Below are positions 46,696 through 47,809 of a stretch of DNA of 47,809 nt, in pieces. A program made the translations under genes and the position numbers. The stretch's first letter is position 1. Each line of letters begins with the position of its first letter. The DNA is from Candidatus Nomurabacteria bacterium (lineage in GTDB: Bacteria; Patescibacteriota; Minisyncoccia; Phycocordibacterales; UBA9973): assembly GCA_029288725.1 (NCBI GenBank), contig JARIGS010000024.1, positions 1 through 47,809 of the forward strand. The letters are read 5' to 3'. A model generated the notes under the pieces. It saw nothing but the letters and a program-made list of their open reading frames with translations. It searched no databases and was not told where the DNA came from.

Positions 46696-47073
46696 ATGAA
46701 ATTAGGCGATTACCTTTTGGTGGCTTTAATCGGATGCCTTATCGTTGTGTTGGGCATAGTGCTTTACCGCGATAATAAATGGCCATTTTCTCATTCAGTA
46801 AAAAATTCAGTAAAAACAAAATCTGTTTCAGTAAACATTACGGTTAAAAAAGATTCAGCCCACATTATTCGTAGTTTGCGGAAAAAAGTCGATAGCCTGC
46901 AATTTTTGCTCACTAGTCGTCCCATGCCTGTTTCAAAGGAATACTTTGACAGCAGGATGGATAGCCTTTTGAGTAAACTTGGAACAGTGCAGCCGATTGT
47001 TGCTCCGAAGAAGAAAGTAAAAAGAATCCGCCATCGCAAATCACATGATGACTGCAGCTGTGGTATTCAGTAA
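46696..47073 (+). CDS. Hypothetical single-pass membrane protein, 125 aa
   Basis: N-terminal TM helix YLLVALIGCLIVVLGIVLY and a basic C-terminus. AT-rich codon usage. No family recognised. Confidence 0.5.
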   Translation: MKLGDYLLVALIGCLIVVLGIVLYRDNKWPFSHSVKNSVKTKSVSVNITVKKDSAHIIRSLRKKVDSLQFLLTSRPMPVSKEYFDSRMDSLLSKLGTVQPIVAPKKKVKRIRHRKSHDDCSCGIQ

Positions 47074-47078
47074 AAACC

Positions 47079-47108
47079 AAAGCCTTGCCGGTAAACCGGC
47101 AAGGCTTT
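47079..47108. terminator. Bidirectional intrinsic terminator
   Basis: AAAGCCTTGCCGG-taaa-CCGGCAAGGCTTT, a 13-bp stem followed by a T-run. Confidence 0.7.
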
Positions 47109-47113
47109 TTTAG

Positions 47114-47599
47114 TTATATAGAAAGCATTCGAAATAATGCGATGCCTGCTGCAACGGAAACATTGAGTGATTCCTTCATGCCCCGCATCGGAATTTCGGC
47201 TACAATATCTACTTTGCTAAGAATATTTTTCGGTACCCCCTCAACTTCATTGCCGAGAATAAAAGCGACTGGTTGCTTTATCTTTACCTTCTTATAATCA
47301 ATAGCATCTGGTGACTGTTCGATAGCAATGATCTGAACACCAGCCTTTTTTAGTTTGGTAATGAGTGGCGCAAGAACGGTAACCTTCTTCCAAGGTATGG
47401 TTTTTTCCGCACCAAGGGCAGTCTTGGCGATGGCACTATTGGGACGGTTAAATTGATCCAATGGCGCAGGACTAATGCCAACAATATATATGAAGTCGAT
47501 ACCGCAGGCATCGGCGGTACGAAATAATGATCCAACATTTTGGGCACTGCGAATATCAGGGAGTATCAATATTCGGCTTGGCGTATCCGTTGTTTTCAT
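47114..47599 (-). CDS. SpoU/TrmH-family RNA 2'-O-methyltransferase
   Basis: NVGSLFRTADACG, ILGNEVEGV and IPMRGMKESLNVSVAAGIALF motifs. ATG 47599 is preferred over 47659. Confidence 0.8.
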   Translation of the reverse strand: MKTTDTPSRILILPDIRSAQNVGSLFRTADACGIDFIYIVGISPAPLDQFNRPNSAIAKTALGAEKTIPWKKVTVLAPLITKLKKAGVQIIAIEQSPDAIDYKKVKIKQPVAFILGNEVEGVPKNILSKVDIVAEIPMRGMKESLNVSVAAGIALFRMLSI

Positions 47600-47661
47600 G
47601 TATTCTGCATGGTATAGTTTTTGTCGCAATTTGCAACTCGTAATTTGTACAATAACCACAT

Positions 47662-47734
47662 GCCCTTATAGCTCAGTCGGTAGAGCAGCTCCCTTTTAAG
47701 GAGACGGTCCCTGGTTCGAGCCCAGGTAGGCGCA
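47662..47734 (+). tRNA. tRNA-Lys (anticodon UUU)
   Basis: Hand-folded cloverleaf. Acceptor GCCCTTA/TAGGCGC (one C-C mismatch at 3:70). D arm GCTC-AGTCGGTA-GAGC. Anticodon arm GCTCC-CTTTTAA-GGAGA. T arm CCTGG-TTCGAGC-CCAGG. CCA is not encoded. Confidence 0.8.
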
Positions 47735-47809
47735 CCCCAATCTTCGATGCCTTTCAAAGAAGTGATCTGACTTTAGGTTTGTTCGGTGCCAACAGCGGTA
47801 CGTTAGGTA

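Noticed and set aside
1-47809. CRISPR array or cas genes
   Set aside because: No series of regularly spaced identical 25-40-nt repeats was seen on either strand, and there are no Cas-like ORFs.

Overview
This 47.8-kb chromosomal window spans the replication-origin core: rpmH-rnpA-yidD-yidC on the minus strand, dnaA-dnaN on the plus strand, and DnaA-box clusters between them. Standard stop codons are used. Gene content suggests a small, reduced genome of Patescibacteria/CPR-like or Gram-positive-like type. The basis is many secreted or membrane ORFans, a PilB ATPase, minimal housekeeping genes, and no Shine-Dalgarno signals. This placement is inference only.

Recognisable housekeeping genes:
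- DNA replication and repair: comM (partial), uvrD/pcrA, dnaA, dnaN, ruvB, ruvC, polA.
- RNA and translation: rsmA, tyrS, tsaE, a SpoU/TrmH methyltransferase, tRNA-Lys(UUU).
- Envelope and redox: an M23 peptidase, a class A PBP, and a DsbB plus thioredoxin-like pair.
- Metal homeostasis: a divergent Fur/Zur-like regulator and ZIP transporter.

The most interesting content is an 11-gene, about 15-kb, co-directional locus at 4794-19717, wedged between rsmA and yidC. It combines type IV secretion-like core parts with six secreted or membrane proteins of no recognisable family. The core parts are a giant VirB6/TrbL-like polytopic protein, a PrgI/VirB3-like protein, a VirB4 ATPase interrupted by one in-frame TAA, and a VirB2-like pilin module fused to an NlpC/P60-type hydrolase. 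No coupling protein, relaxase or integrase is visible.

Other notable signals:
- A pervasive leaderless-mRNA promoter geometry: a -10 box ends 6-11 nt before the start codon.
- A candidate structured ncRNA closed by a 27-bp helix in which all 5 non-Watson-Crick pairs are G-U on the plus strand.
- An IS200-type Y1 (HUH) transposase-like gene bracketed by GGGGTCTGACCCC palindromes.
- A three-gene lipoprotein/ORFan insertion next to an orphan pilB.
- A bacterial SET-domain protein and a hyper-acidic 74-aa protein.
- A perfect 7-1-7 palindrome in the Zur/ZIP divergent promoter.

All family assignments come from motif recognition by eye. No searches were run.
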